Shown here piece by piece: positions 1 to 9,897 of a stretch of 64,000 nt of DNA. The DNA comes from Candidatus Thorarchaeota archaeon (lineage in GTDB: Archaea; Asgardarchaeota; Thorarchaeia; Thorarchaeales; Thorarchaeaceae). The stretch lies in contig JBHLRP010000001.1 in assembly GCA_048882485.1 (NCBI GenBank), forward strand, positions 281,466 to 345,465, in the 5' to 3' direction. Position 1 is the first letter of the stretch. Every line of letters starts with the position of its first letter. The notes under the pieces were generated by a model, which saw only the letters and a list, made by a program, of their open reading frames with translations, was not told the DNA's origin and did not search any database. A program made the position numbers and the translations under genes.

Positions 1-104
1 TTTATCTCATAGCCGTATTTTGCTCCTGCTCCAATTAGAGAAAGCACAGCGAGATAAGTCGAAGGCAATAGGTCTGGCTTTTGGGGATTAGATTTCTGTA
101 CCAT
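1..104 (-). CDS. PadR-family transcriptional regulator (5' part only; runs off window edge)
   Basis: Not in ORF track. ATG at 104 reads MVQKSNPQKPDLLPSTYLAVLSLIGAGAKYGYEI...; 'AVLSLI...KYGYEI' matches the PadR wHTH N-terminal signature (xxLxLLxxxxxYGYEI). Confidence 0.75.
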   Translation of the reverse strand, partial: MVQKSNPQKPDLLPSTYLAVLSLIGAGAKYGYEI

Positions 105-122
105 GGAATCAATCCTGTGGAC

Positions 123-163
123 TATTCTACTAATGTAATAGTATATATTCTACTAGTAGAATA
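123..163. promoter_or_regulatory. Palindromic operator pair in divergent promoter (likely PadR site)
   Basis: Perfect 18-bp palindrome TATTCTACTAGTAGAATA at 146-163 and degenerate copy TATTCTACTAATGTAATA at 123-140, between divergent PadR and methyltransferase-like genes. Confidence 0.65.
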
Positions 164-241
164 GAATATAAGTCTTCCTTCTCAGTGGAATCCTACTCCA
201 TGCGAAGATACGCAGCACATAAAACCTAGATTGAGGAAGAA

Positions 242-1006
242 ATGTCTACCTTGACGTCAGATCCAAGATTGCTATACCCCGTTTCATGGATTTGCGAAAG
301 CAAGTCAGTGACCGAATATCTCAGGAAGCAGTTTGCAGCGCAGGATAGCGAAGAACTACTCATCGCTGATTTTGCTTCAGGAGAGAATGATAGAATCCCA
401 AGCTTCATTCTTAGAGTGCTACCTGATTTCATTTCGAACGTTGATTTCTCTATTAGGAGGATTATTACCTATAGCACTGACTTGCATGGATTGCGTCTGG
501 ATAGTCTCTTTGGGCTATTTCAAGAGCAGCATTTGGAGGGCCGCGCAAGAGCAGTTCACGCCAGACTGGAGAGTATGGTGACCGAGGCATCATATCGTTT
601 GGAACAAGCTGAATACCTAAATGAGCATCAGCAAGAGTTGACTATCTTGGACAAACGTATCATAGAGGAAAAGGGGATTGGGGAAGATGTATTCGATCTT
701 GGATTCTTGAACAACGATGTCATAGGGTATCTGTTTGAATATTACAAGGCATATTCTGATGCATTAACTAGCTTGGATGCAGTTCAGAAGACAATGAAAC
801 CGGGAAGTCTCCTGATAGTGACACAACCCTGCTCCCTCTATCCAGTAGACAACCTCGATGTTCTCGGTCGTGTAGGATTCTCATTCATTGAGGGAATAGA
901 TGTAGAACTGGATTCTGGGGAAGTCACATTGATTAGTGATGATGCTGAGTTGGACACTCTAAGTCGTATAGGACACTATACGTATCTCGTTCTAACAAAG
1001 GCATGA
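242..1006 (+). CDS. Class I SAM-dependent methyltransferase-like protein
   Basis: Motif I-like 'LIADFASGE', acidic end of beta2 'YSTDL', 'FDLGFLN', and 'MKPGSLLIV' (LKPGG-like). Confidence 0.55.
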   Translation: MSTLTSDPRLLYPVSWICESKSVTEYLRKQFAAQDSEELLIADFASGENDRIPSFILRVLPDFISNVDFSIRRIITYSTDLHGLRLDSLFGLFQEQHLEGRARAVHARLESMVTEASYRLEQAEYLNEHQQELTILDKRIIEEKGIGEDVFDLGFLNNDVIGYLFEYYKAYSDALTSLDAVQKTMKPGSLLIVTQPCSLYPVDNLDVLGRVGFSFIEGIDVELDSGEVTLISDDAELDTLSRIGHYTYLVLTKA

Positions 1007-1438
1007 ATGGTTGGCTCTAACTTGGGCTGCTCTAGAATGATCGAACTAGCAGCCAAACATGGAGATGAGCTAAACGTAGCTTGCGATTTCAGTCCAGAGC
1101 AGACAGAGGCAATCTTCACTCAGCTTTCTAGGTTCGCTGAGAAGCATGGGAGAAAACCGGAGAGTGTAGCAAAGTCTGTTGGAATCTGGACTCGAATTTT
1201 AAGGTCAGAAAATGAAATGGAAGAGAAGATCAAGAAGGGCGCTGTTGCTCGAGGGGTGTCTGAGGAAGCATACCGGAAAAGGTTAGCATCTTCTATTTGG
1301 GGAACACCTGATATCGTTGCTGAGAAGGTGGGACAATACAAGGATCAGGGAGTTTCAGAAGTCATTCTCATTTTTCCATATGGTGAGAAAAGGGAACAGA
1401 TTGCGATGCTTGGTGAGTCAGTACTCCCTCGACTCTGA
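1007..1438 (+). pseudogene. LLM-class (luciferase-like/F420) oxidoreductase, C-terminal half only
   Basis: 'MVG...RMIELAAKHGDELN' and 'IWGTPDIVAEKVGQYKDQGVSEVIL...EQIAMLGESVLPRL' are typical LLM C-terminal motifs; 143 aa versus about 300 aa for a full enzyme. Confidence 0.6.
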
Positions 1439-1488
1439 ACTGACCTCTTCATGATCTCAGCAAATACTGATATACCAGCATCCTGTGT

Positions 1489-4400
1489 ATGGACACGGGG
1501 CAAAAGGGAATGCATGAGGAGCTTACTCGAAGTATTCGCGATTACGATTCTGCATCAATTCGTGATATTGTTGAAAATCTCACCAAGTCAGAAGGCTGGG
1601 CAAAGGTATTCCAATATCTAAGACAAGAGCTCATCGAGGTTTTTTCCGATAGATGGTTTGGATTGAATCTCATCATTCTCGAAATATTCGAAATGCCTGA
1701 ACTAATCGGATATGATGGTGATTTTATTCAGATTCTCGAAGATGCTCCAGACACAAAGCGATTCCAAGATCTAGAGAAGTGGATAACTGACTCATTTATT
1801 GATGCTGTATCCACAAATATCATCAATAATGGACCAACCATCTTTTACGACTTAGAACGAATGCAGACAAGCCGGACAGCGAAGTCAGTAGATTCAATTC
1901 TAAAGCGTAGAAGGGAGGAATTCGCAGCCGGCGTTTCAATCTTCAATGAAATCAAATACAAATCAGATTCGGGTGATATCTGGGAGCCACTCTATACCAC
2001 AGCTTATGGCTTCCAGCTTCTTGATTCTCTTGCAGAGCAAAATATCTGGGGAGAGAAGTACATCACCAAAGTGACTGATTCTCTTAATGAGATCTGCAGG
2101 AATCTGGAGATCATTTTGGATGATGTGACTGACATAGATTCTGTTGTTATCAGTGATAGGATGAAGACCTTGGCTGATGCGCTATCAGATTTGAAGACAG
2201 GAGACCCTGGTCCTGGAGCTGCTGTTTGGACCAGCGGTTACGTTTCTCCTTACCAAATGTTCGAGGATGAGCTCTTCATTCATTGGATTATGGATTTCGG
2301 GCCTATAGACAAGTCAATCGATGCCTTAGGAGAGCTCGGAGGAACCCGTGCCAGTAATCTGCTATTGTCATTGCTATCCGGTGAACTCGGTGATAAACTG
2401 GAGAGCCATATCAAGGATTCTCAATATGCAGAGCCATGGTGGATGGGAGAAACCCACGAAAGAATCCTCAAAGCATTGCAGGAAATCAATATCGAATCGG
2501 ACGTGTCAATATTACTGAGCTTCATCGATGGACTTAGCTGGCGAACGGATGTTGATGCTGATCCCTATGTGTATGGCAGTTCATTGAAGGCCTTCTCCCT
2601 AGCCATTGACATGGTCCCTGAATCATACAAGGATAAGATTCGGCCGAAGCTACGGGAATTCCTGGGTGCAATCAGTTGGGAATGGCCCAATTGGGCACAC
2701 CGAGGCAGCATAGGAGGGTGGGCTGCCCAGAAGCTTGTTGAGTTATTCGGAGTGGGCGCTGTTGATTCTCTGGTTCCTTGTATTCTCTGGGATCATCCAA
2801 AGTTCGATGCTCGAAATCTCAGTCAATCACCGGATCCCCGGATAATAGAGCCGTTGATTTCTCTTGGATCTCCTGCAATACCCAAGATTCTGGAATCTAC
2901 CAACAAATACCTGAAGGATTTTCCATATTACGAGCGGCGATTTCTAGAGCAGGTTGAACTGATTATTACAAAAATCTGGGATTCGGATATCTCAAAAGCT
3001 CCTGGCTCAGACGCATCGGAATTTGCCGACTTCTTTTTCTCGAGTATTCCGGATATAATTCCACTAATTGGGGAGGCAATGGCAAAGACTTTGGGAATTC
3101 AGAATGCTAAGCTTGGTACGCTTGCGATTTGTGGATTGATTGCAAAGAGCGAAACAAGGAGCGATAGGGATTATGAAGACTGGTATGGTGATTGGGTTGT
3201 GAATCCTGTGCAATGGGCAAAGCATCTGGGATTTGCTTTTGATAGGCAGGCCATAATTGAAGGTATTAATCATGAGAGTCAACTTGTCCAATTGGGATCA
3301 ATCTTTCTGTTGCCTGAAGGAGACTTATCGAAATCAGGGCCAGAGGTCCTGCAAAGCCTTGTTGTCGCATTTCTGGACGTCCTCAAGAAGGAGGATACAA
3401 GATCGGCAAACTATCCATTTGTTAGCGTGGTTGATAGCTTGGCGGAAAGCATCTGTAAGCTCCTGGTCAAAATCGATTTGTCACAACTTGAGACTCTGCT
3501 GCACGATGAAGATGAAAATGTGAGGTTTGCTGCGAATATCATCGTAGGGAAGCTCCCGTATGTTCATCAAGGTGCTTCTGCTCTGAAGAAAGCGGGACTT
3601 ACGGGCTTTGCACATTTCTTCACTATGAATCTGACAAACGATTTGAATCGCTGGTTTGACTATCTTGACGAGATCGATTTCTGGAGGCTTTCGTCAATAA
3701 GGAAGAATCAAACAATTGCGAAACACTTGCCTTTTCTTGGTCAATCAGAAGTGATTGATTTTGATCGAATTGCGGACTTGTTGAGAAAATCAAAAATGCC
3801 TTGGAAAATAATCCATGCTATTAGGGATTACCCAGGCATCTTGGAAAACCCCTCAATCTTTGAGGCACTCGAAATATTGAAGCCATATATCCTAGAGAAA
3901 CTTCAAACTAGGCGTGAATACTTGGTGGAAGAAATTCTGGCGCCTCTTTTGCAGATCGATCTATTTATGGAAGACGAAGTCATTGTCAACAAGGCAAAAT
4001 GGCTGGAATCTAGAACGGATTCAGACATTCTTGCCCAACTCCAAGAATCGATTTCAATCTATACGAGCGAAAAGCCGCCTGTTGGCGAATATGGCCAAAT
4101 AACCATCTGTAGTCAGAGCGGATTTGAAAATGCACTACGTTCAACTCGTATCAAGGAGCTTCATTCAATTGGATTACGTAAAATCAAACTTGATGGCATT
4201 TCAGTATTGAAGAATCTTAAAGCGTTGGATTTGGGGTATAATCAGATTGAGGTAATTGATCTTCGCCCAATTAGGGGGATGCCAAAGCTTGAGTCATTGA
4301 GGTTGCATAACAATATTCTCAGAAAAGTTGACTTCACCCCGTTAGCCGATTGTCCGGGGCTCAGATATCTTCACCTAAATAATAATCATATTCGCAAAAT

Positions 4401-4623
4401 CGACCTTGCACCCCTTACTTATACGCCCAAATTGAATAAGGTGGAACTCCAGGGAAATATGCTATCGAGGATTGATTTGACTCCACTCAAGACATCCAAA
4501 TTCATAGAAGTATATGCTGATTTGAAGACAAAGCTTCTATGTGACGGTCAGGAATTTCGGGGTGAAATATGTGAGTGGGGTACTTACAAGTTCGTCAAAT
4601 TAGGAAAGTCCGTCAACCATTAA
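1489..4623 (+). CDS. Large helical (HEAT-like) protein with C-terminal leucine-rich repeats
   Basis: About four to five 24-aa LRRs (LKALDLGYNQIEVIDLRPI / LESLRLHNNILRKVDFTPL / LRYLHLNNNHIRKIDLAPL / LNKVELQGNMLSRIDLTPL); HEAT-like 'LETLLHDEDENVRFAA' and 'IDALGELGGTRASNLL'. Confidence 0.7.
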   Translation: MDTGQKGMHEELTRSIRDYDSASIRDIVENLTKSEGWAKVFQYLRQELIEVFSDRWFGLNLIILEIFEMPELIGYDGDFIQILEDAPDTKRFQDLEKWITDSFIDAVSTNIINNGPTIFYDLERMQTSRTAKSVDSILKRRREEFAAGVSIFNEIKYKSDSGDIWEPLYTTAYGFQLLDSLAEQNIWGEKYITKVTDSLNEICRNLEIILDDVTDIDSVVISDRMKTLADALSDLKTGDPGPGAAVWTSGYVSPYQMFEDELFIHWIMDFGPIDKSIDALGELGGTRASNLLLSLLSGELGDKLESHIKDSQYAEPWWMGETHERILKALQEINIESDVSILLSFIDGLSWRTDVDADPYVYGSSLKAFSLAIDMVPESYKDKIRPKLREFLGAISWEWPNWAHRGSIGGWAAQKLVELFGVGAVDSLVPCILWDHPKFDARNLSQSPDPRIIEPLISLGSPAIPKILESTNKYLKDFPYYERRFLEQVELIITKIWDSDISKAPGSDASEFADFFFSSIPDIIPLIGEAMAKTLGIQNAKLGTLAICGLIAKSETRSDRDYEDWYGDWVVNPVQWAKHLGFAFDRQAIIEGINHESQLVQLGSIFLLPEGDLSKSGPEVLQSLVVAFLDVLKKEDTRSANYPFVSVVDSLAESICKLLVKIDLSQLETLLHDEDENVRFAANIIVGKLPYVHQGASALKKAGLTGFAHFFTMNLTNDLNRWFDYLDEIDFWRLSSIRKNQTIAKHLPFLGQSEVIDFDRIADLLRKSKMPWKIIHAIRDYPGILENPSIFEALEILKPYILEKLQTRREYLVEEILAPLLQIDLFMEDEVIVNKAKWLESRTDSDILAQLQESISIYTSEKPPVGEYGQITICSQSGFENALRSTRIKELHSIGLRKIKLDGISVLKNLKALDLGYNQIEVIDLRPIRGMPKLESLRLHNNILRKVDFTPLADCPGLRYLHLNNNHIRKIDLAPLTYTPKLNKVELQGNMLSRIDLTPLKTSKFIEVYADLKTKLLCDGQEFRGEICEWGTYKFVKLGKSVNH

Positions 4624-5102
4624 TCTCGAGTCCTTTTCCATGTTCCAAGTAGGTACTTCAGTTGGCCGAAGTGTTCAGTTTCATGTGAGAAATTGAGGAG
4701 ATACTTAGCGACAGCCAATGCACGGTCCACCTCTCGAACTGAATCACGTCCTGCAATCATATCATCGAGAAATCCCATTGACACTTCTTGAGTCTGCTTC
4801 AGGAGTTCAATCGCTTCTGATATTCCCAACAACTCATCTTTTGTGAATTCATATGCCTCGACCCCAGGTTTGTATATTGCAACTTTCTCTGGAGTAATGA
4901 ACTGAGGGAATTTGAATCCGGGTATCTTATCTGTGACCATTAATTTCTCAAAAGCAGAGATATGCGGCAGAATCCATGCAGCTGCGTTTGATTTGGATGT
5001 TGGCTGATAGAAGTAACTTCCATCATCGAATTTGCCCAGATATGCAATCAAGCTCTCTCGAAGTCTCGTATACATTGATTTGACTAATTCCAAATCGTTC
5101 AT
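4620..5102 (-). CDS. DinB/YfiT-family protein
   Basis: 'NAAAWILPHI' and 'HETEHFGQL' His motifs; likely start is ATG at 5102 (MNDLELV). Confidence 0.75.
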   Translation of the reverse strand: MNDLELVKSMYTRLRESLIAYLGKFDDGSYFYQPTSKSNAAAWILPHISAFEKLMVTDKIPGFKFPQFITPEKVAIYKPGVEAYEFTKDELLGISEAIELLKQTQEVSMGFLDDMIAGRDSVREVDRALAVAKYLLNFSHETEHFGQLKYLLGTWKRTRD

Positions 5103-5183
5103 AGTTGCTGCACAATCAATATCCCAGATATATCTGTAGGATTTCTGGAAACACACTTAGGGGGCTCTGCAACCTTAGAATCC

Positions 5184-7040
5184 ATGACCTCACTGCAATC
5201 CCATTTCCGGAAGTTCTTGGCTGTTGAAGCAGCTGGAGGTGCAAGTTGGCATCCAGATGGCTCTAGCATTGCGTTTATCTATGATGCCCCTGGCGTGTTC
5301 CAGATTTACACTGTACCTATTGAGAAGAACAGAACCATTTGGCCAACAAGAATTTCCTTTGAGAATGATCGCTGCACAAATCCAAAGTACTTGAGTGATT
5401 GCACATTGCTCTTCACAATGGACAAAGGCGGCGATGAGAATTTCCAAATTGCCAAGATTGACTCAGATATGGCTCTTGAATGGATCACGTCTGATTCAGC
5501 TGCTAAACACATCATTAACCGTGTATCAAATAGTAGCTACTTCTTCATCGCCAATATCGAGGATAAAGCTCGGTTCGACATCTACCATCATAGGCTTCCT
5601 ATAGATAGAACTCGACCTGAAATCGTATTTAAGCCCGAAGAGGGATTATGCCAAGTAGGCACTGTTTCTACCAACGAGAAGCACGCAATTATAGAGCAAT
5701 ACTTCGGTAACAACAATGTGAATCTTCTCTATCTTGACATTGCTGGTCGCGAAGCCAAAAACCTGACGAAATCCTTGGGAGAGTCCCGAACGAATCGGTG
5801 GGAGGCTATTCGATGGATAGACAAGGACCATATTCTTGTTGCTACCGACTATGACCATGATATGATGCGCCTGAGTGTTCTATCCCTCTCAGGTGATTTT
5901 CTTCCCTTGAATGAAATTGAAGCCTCAGTGAAACATGAGTTCGACTATGCAGCCTATTCTCCCGAATCAACTCATACCTATTTCATTCTGAATGAGGGAG
6001 GTTTCTCCAGCCTCTGGCGAGGCACATTTGCGGCTGATGGCGTTCGAGGGCTGGATAGGATTGAATTGCCAACAGGAGCAGTTATTGTGCGTGGTGACTC
6101 ACGATCCTTTCAGGACTCCTTGAGTCTTTCACCGAATCATGAGCTTATGGCTATGACAATGAGCACTGCGACTTCGCCTACCAATATCTGGATTCTTGAT
6201 CTTGATGACCATTCATCATGGAAGGCTACGGACGTCGGAACTGCAGGTCTCAACCCATCTTCATTTGTTAATGCCTCCCTTCATAACTTTCTTAGCTTTG
6301 ATAGTTTGCCCATCTCCTATTTCCGATATATTCCAAAAGGCGACATGCCTGAGAAAGGGTGGCCCGCCATTCTTATGATACATGGAGGTCCTGAGGCTCA
6401 GATTCTCCCCAGCTTTCAAGAGATAATTCAGTTCTTTCTATCCGCAGGGTTCGCAATATTTGCACCCAATATTCGTGGAAGCGCGGGCTATGGACGGGCG
6501 TATATGGACATGGATAATGTGGAGAAGCGCCTGGATTCTATAACGGACATCAAGCATCTTGCATTACACATCAAGGCTAATGAGAAGAACATTGATGGAA
6601 ACCGCCTAGTCATTTATGGTGGTAGCTATGGGGGTTTTGCTGTTTTGTCGGCAATGACAGAACATCCAGATTTGTGGCAAGCTGGAGTTGATATTGTTGG
6701 GATTTCCAACTTCGTTACATTTCTTGAGAATACAGCGCCTTGGCGCAGAGCGCTCAGAGAGTCTGAATATGGTAGCCTAGAAAATGACCTTGAAGTCCTC
6801 AAGATGATTAGCCCAATTCACAAGATTGAGAACATTACAGCTCCGCTCTTCATCATTCAAGGTGACAACGATGAGAGAGTCCCTCTCTCTGAGTCCGTTC
6901 AGATGTATGAGAAGCTTAAGGAGAAGGGTCTTGAAGTTGAGCTAATGCGCTTTGCTGATGAAGGACATGGTCTTGCAAAACTGGAGAATAGGATCAAGGC
7001 ATACTCGCGCGTAGTCGAATGGCTCAAGAAAATCGTGTAG
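5184..7040 (+). CDS. S9 family peptidase (acylaminoacyl/dipeptidyl peptidase) with N-terminal beta-propeller
   Basis: HGGPE, nucleophile GGSYGG, 'QGDNDERVP' Asp, 'DEGHG' His. Confidence 0.92.
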   Translation: MTSLQSHFRKFLAVEAAGGASWHPDGSSIAFIYDAPGVFQIYTVPIEKNRTIWPTRISFENDRCTNPKYLSDCTLLFTMDKGGDENFQIAKIDSDMALEWITSDSAAKHIINRVSNSSYFFIANIEDKARFDIYHHRLPIDRTRPEIVFKPEEGLCQVGTVSTNEKHAIIEQYFGNNNVNLLYLDIAGREAKNLTKSLGESRTNRWEAIRWIDKDHILVATDYDHDMMRLSVLSLSGDFLPLNEIEASVKHEFDYAAYSPESTHTYFILNEGGFSSLWRGTFAADGVRGLDRIELPTGAVIVRGDSRSFQDSLSLSPNHELMAMTMSTATSPTNIWILDLDDHSSWKATDVGTAGLNPSSFVNASLHNFLSFDSLPISYFRYIPKGDMPEKGWPAILMIHGGPEAQILPSFQEIIQFFLSAGFAIFAPNIRGSAGYGRAYMDMDNVEKRLDSITDIKHLALHIKANEKNIDGNRLVIYGGSYGGFAVLSAMTEHPDLWQAGVDIVGISNFVTFLENTAPWRRALRESEYGSLENDLEVLKMISPIHKIENITAPLFIIQGDNDERVPLSESVQMYEKLKEKGLEVELMRFADEGHGLAKLENRIKAYSRVVEWLKKIV

Positions 7041-7135
7041 CAACTTTAATCGTAATCAGAGTCAGAGACAAATAGGAATCGCTGTAATCGAAATCTTTAC
7101 CTTCACAAAATGCGCGTTGCTGGATTGATGCCATC

Positions 7136-7237
7136 ATGGTAACTGTTAGAAGGCTGATACTGAAGGCCGCACTCCTAGTTATTGCAATTATCCTCTTCAT
7201 ACTATTTCTCTATTTACAGATGTTTCCTATGTCGTAG
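7136..7237 (+). CDS. Small single-pass membrane protein (33 aa)
   Basis: MVTVRRLILKAALLVIAIILFILFLYLQMFPMS: basic N-terminus plus an uninterrupted hydrophobic helix; fills the gap between two peptidase genes; below the ORF-track cutoff. Confidence 0.45.
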   Translation: MVTVRRLILKAALLVIAIILFILFLYLQMFPMS

Positions 7238-7275
7238 AACTATTAAGCAAATCCCACTCGGGCGTTCATAGTTGA

Positions 7276-9063
7276 TTGATAATGGTTATAGCGGAGATGG
7301 TTTGGGACTTATCACAGCTTGTCGAATTCGACGACCCTGCATATATCTCTGAACGACTGACTGCAATGGTGAGATGGGCAGAAGGATATCGCGACCAACA
7401 TCGAGGCAAGATTGAGGACTATGACGCACAGCAGGTCTTTGACATGATTGCGCAGTATGATGGGGAATTCATCGAGTTCGATGGCCCCAATCAATACGCA
7501 TTGCTTCGTTATCAAGCTGACGTGACAGATGAGGTGGCACAGAAGCTGTTTGAGAAAGTGAGGCAATCATTAATGCTTGTGAGTCAAGCATTTGCTTTCT
7601 TTGAATTGGAGCTCGGCAAATTGCTCTCAAAGAAGCCAGAGATAATTGAGGCTCCTGAATTGTCTGAATACAGGCATCAGCTGGAGAAGATGAAGCGTAG
7701 GAACCCACACCTATTACCTGAAGAGCAGGAGCAGCTAATCATTGTGAAAGACCAAAATGGGATAAAGGCATGGGAGAAGCTCTTCAGTGACTGGCTAGCC
7801 ACACGTACCTTCGAGATTGAGATTGATGGTGCAAAGAAGACCATGCCCTATGGCGAGATTATTGGGCTCTACCAGAATCCTGATAGAGACCTGCGCAAGC
7901 GAGCGAATCAGGTGGTGTATGAAACTCTCAGCAAGGACACGACCTTATGGTCTTCTGCATTTTTGTCAGTTTTCAAGGATCATCATCAAATGACCAAGCT
8001 TCGAAAATGGAGCACCCCAATGACACAGAGCTTGATTGCAAACGACGTGGATGAAGAAACCATAGAGGCATTGTTGACAACTATGGAGAAGAATGTGGAT
8101 GTTCTTCAGAGGTACCTGCGACTTAAGGCGAAAGTTATGGGTCTTGACAAGCTTGGCAATTGGGATATCACTGCTCCATTACCCAATTCTCCTGACAAGA
8201 AATACATGTGGTCAGAATCACGCAAGCTCATAGTGGACGCTTACAAGGACTTTGATGAAGAGAGCGGCAAATGGATGGATGAGATGTATGAACGTCGTCA
8301 CATCGATGCTGCGGTAAGAAAGGGCAAGACTTCTGGAGCTTTTTGTGCGACATGGCATGCTGGAAAGAGCGCATACATCCTTCAGAGCTTCAATGGAATC
8401 ATGAGTGATGTCTATACATCAGCTCATGAATTGGGCCATGCACTCCATGCCTACCTTGGAACACGCGCTCAGAAAATGTCGAACTATGAGATAGGAAGCT
8501 GCATAGCTGAAACCGGTTCCATATTTGGAGAGCTCCTACTGACAGAGAAGATGCTTGCTGATGCAAAGACCAAAGAGGAGAAGCAGGCTATTCTGTCCAT
8601 CATTCTTGATGAGTTCGGAGAATCCGGCTTTCAGGTGTCTGCAAGAGTGTTCTTCGAAACCAGCATCTATGATGCTCTGGAGGACGGGAAGTTCTTGGAT
8701 GCAGAGAAAATATCGGATCTCTGGGTTGCTGCCCGCGACAAGATCTATGGCGATGCCATTGAGTGGCTACCAATCATGCGGTATTGGTGGACAATGAAGA
8801 TGCACTTCTATATGCCCAACTATCGATACTACAACTATCCGTACGTCTATGCTCAGCTCTTCGTCTTCGCCATGTACAGGCTTTATAAGGAGCAAGGCAA
8901 AGACTTCGTGCCCAAACTTAAGGCACTGCTATCTGCCGGGTCAAGCAGGTCTCCTCGAGACCTAGCAGCTGAAATCGGCTTTGACATAACCAAGGAGGAG
9001 TTCTGGCAAAAGGGCATTGACCAGTACTCAGAATTCATCAAGATGTTTGAGGACACTCTATGA
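7276..9063 (+). CDS. pepF: M3B oligoendopeptidase F
   Basis: 'WDLSQL' N-terminus, 'KGKTSGAFC', HELGH zinc motif, 'IAETGSIFGE', 'HFY...YYNYPY'; start may be ATG at 7297. Confidence 0.9.
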   Translation: MIMVIAEMVWDLSQLVEFDDPAYISERLTAMVRWAEGYRDQHRGKIEDYDAQQVFDMIAQYDGEFIEFDGPNQYALLRYQADVTDEVAQKLFEKVRQSLMLVSQAFAFFELELGKLLSKKPEIIEAPELSEYRHQLEKMKRRNPHLLPEEQEQLIIVKDQNGIKAWEKLFSDWLATRTFEIEIDGAKKTMPYGEIIGLYQNPDRDLRKRANQVVYETLSKDTTLWSSAFLSVFKDHHQMTKLRKWSTPMTQSLIANDVDEETIEALLTTMEKNVDVLQRYLRLKAKVMGLDKLGNWDITAPLPNSPDKKYMWSESRKLIVDAYKDFDEESGKWMDEMYERRHIDAAVRKGKTSGAFCATWHAGKSAYILQSFNGIMSDVYTSAHELGHALHAYLGTRAQKMSNYEIGSCIAETGSIFGELLLTEKMLADAKTKEEKQAILSIILDEFGESGFQVSARVFFETSIYDALEDGKFLDAEKISDLWVAARDKIYGDAIEWLPIMRYWWTMKMHFYMPNYRYYNYPYVYAQLFVFAMYRLYKEQGKDFVPKLKALLSAGSSRSPRDLAAEIGFDITKEEFWQKGIDQYSEFIKMFEDTL

Positions 9064-9118
9064 GATGTGGAGAGAGGATATTCCCTTCGCTCCATCAAGA
9101 AATCAATGGTGCGATAGT

Positions 9119-9856
9119 ATGATTGTAGAACACATTGACGTCGGCCATGGTTTGACAAACTCCTATCTTGTCATTTGTGAATCAACTTCTGAAGCAATGA
9201 TAGTTGACCCCTATTTCTTGGAAGAAGAAGGGAAGGCGGTTCTTGAGAGCATTCATTCACGTTCATTGAAGCTTCGCTATATTTTCAATACGCATGGCCA
9301 TCCAGATCACATGAGCGGAAATGGCTGGTTAAAGAGAGCAACTGGTGCAGAGATTTTGATTCATGAGAATGAAGCTGACGATATTCTTACCCCTTGGAGT
9401 GCCTGGCGTGTTATATCAGGTGTTCCACGTGAATGCCCTTTGTGCAAGAGAATGACTGAGCGAATCTTAGACATTAATGAGGATGAAAGCAAAGCATCAT
9501 TGAATTGCCAGTTCTGTGGCCCCATTATCACTGCACAAGCATCTCCTCCAGCTGACATTCTCCTAATCGATGGTGACACAATCGATGTTGGAAATACAAC
9601 CTTCAAAGTAATCCACACTCCCGGACACACTGATGGTGGAGTTTCACTCTATTCGGAAACTGAGAGTCTTGTCTTCACAGGAGACACATTGCTTGCGGGG
9701 GCTTTTGGGGGCACTTCCTCTCCTTCATCATCTGATGAAGAGTTCAGAATATCTCTGAAGAGATTAATGGAATTGCCAGACACCACTGTAGTAAAGCCAG
9801 GACACGGACCGCCAACTACTATCGGAAAAGAACGGAAAGATAATCCTCATATATAG
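9119..9856 (+). CDS. MBL-fold metallo-hydrolase (glyoxalase II-like) with Cys4 insertion
   Basis: THGHPDH, HTPGHT, FTGDTL and PGHG motifs; likely start ATG at 9119 (MIVEHIDV). Confidence 0.88.
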   Translation: MIVEHIDVGHGLTNSYLVICESTSEAMIVDPYFLEEEGKAVLESIHSRSLKLRYIFNTHGHPDHMSGNGWLKRATGAEILIHENEADDILTPWSAWRVISGVPRECPLCKRMTERILDINEDESKASLNCQFCGPIITAQASPPADILLIDGDTIDVGNTTFKVIHTPGHTDGGVSLYSETESLVFTGDTLLAGAFGGTSSPSSSDEEFRISLKRLMELPDTTVVKPGHGPPTTIGKERKDNPHI

Positions 9857-9897
9857 ACTCCGAATTCCGCTGCAGAATTACTTTGAGCGTGTTTTCG

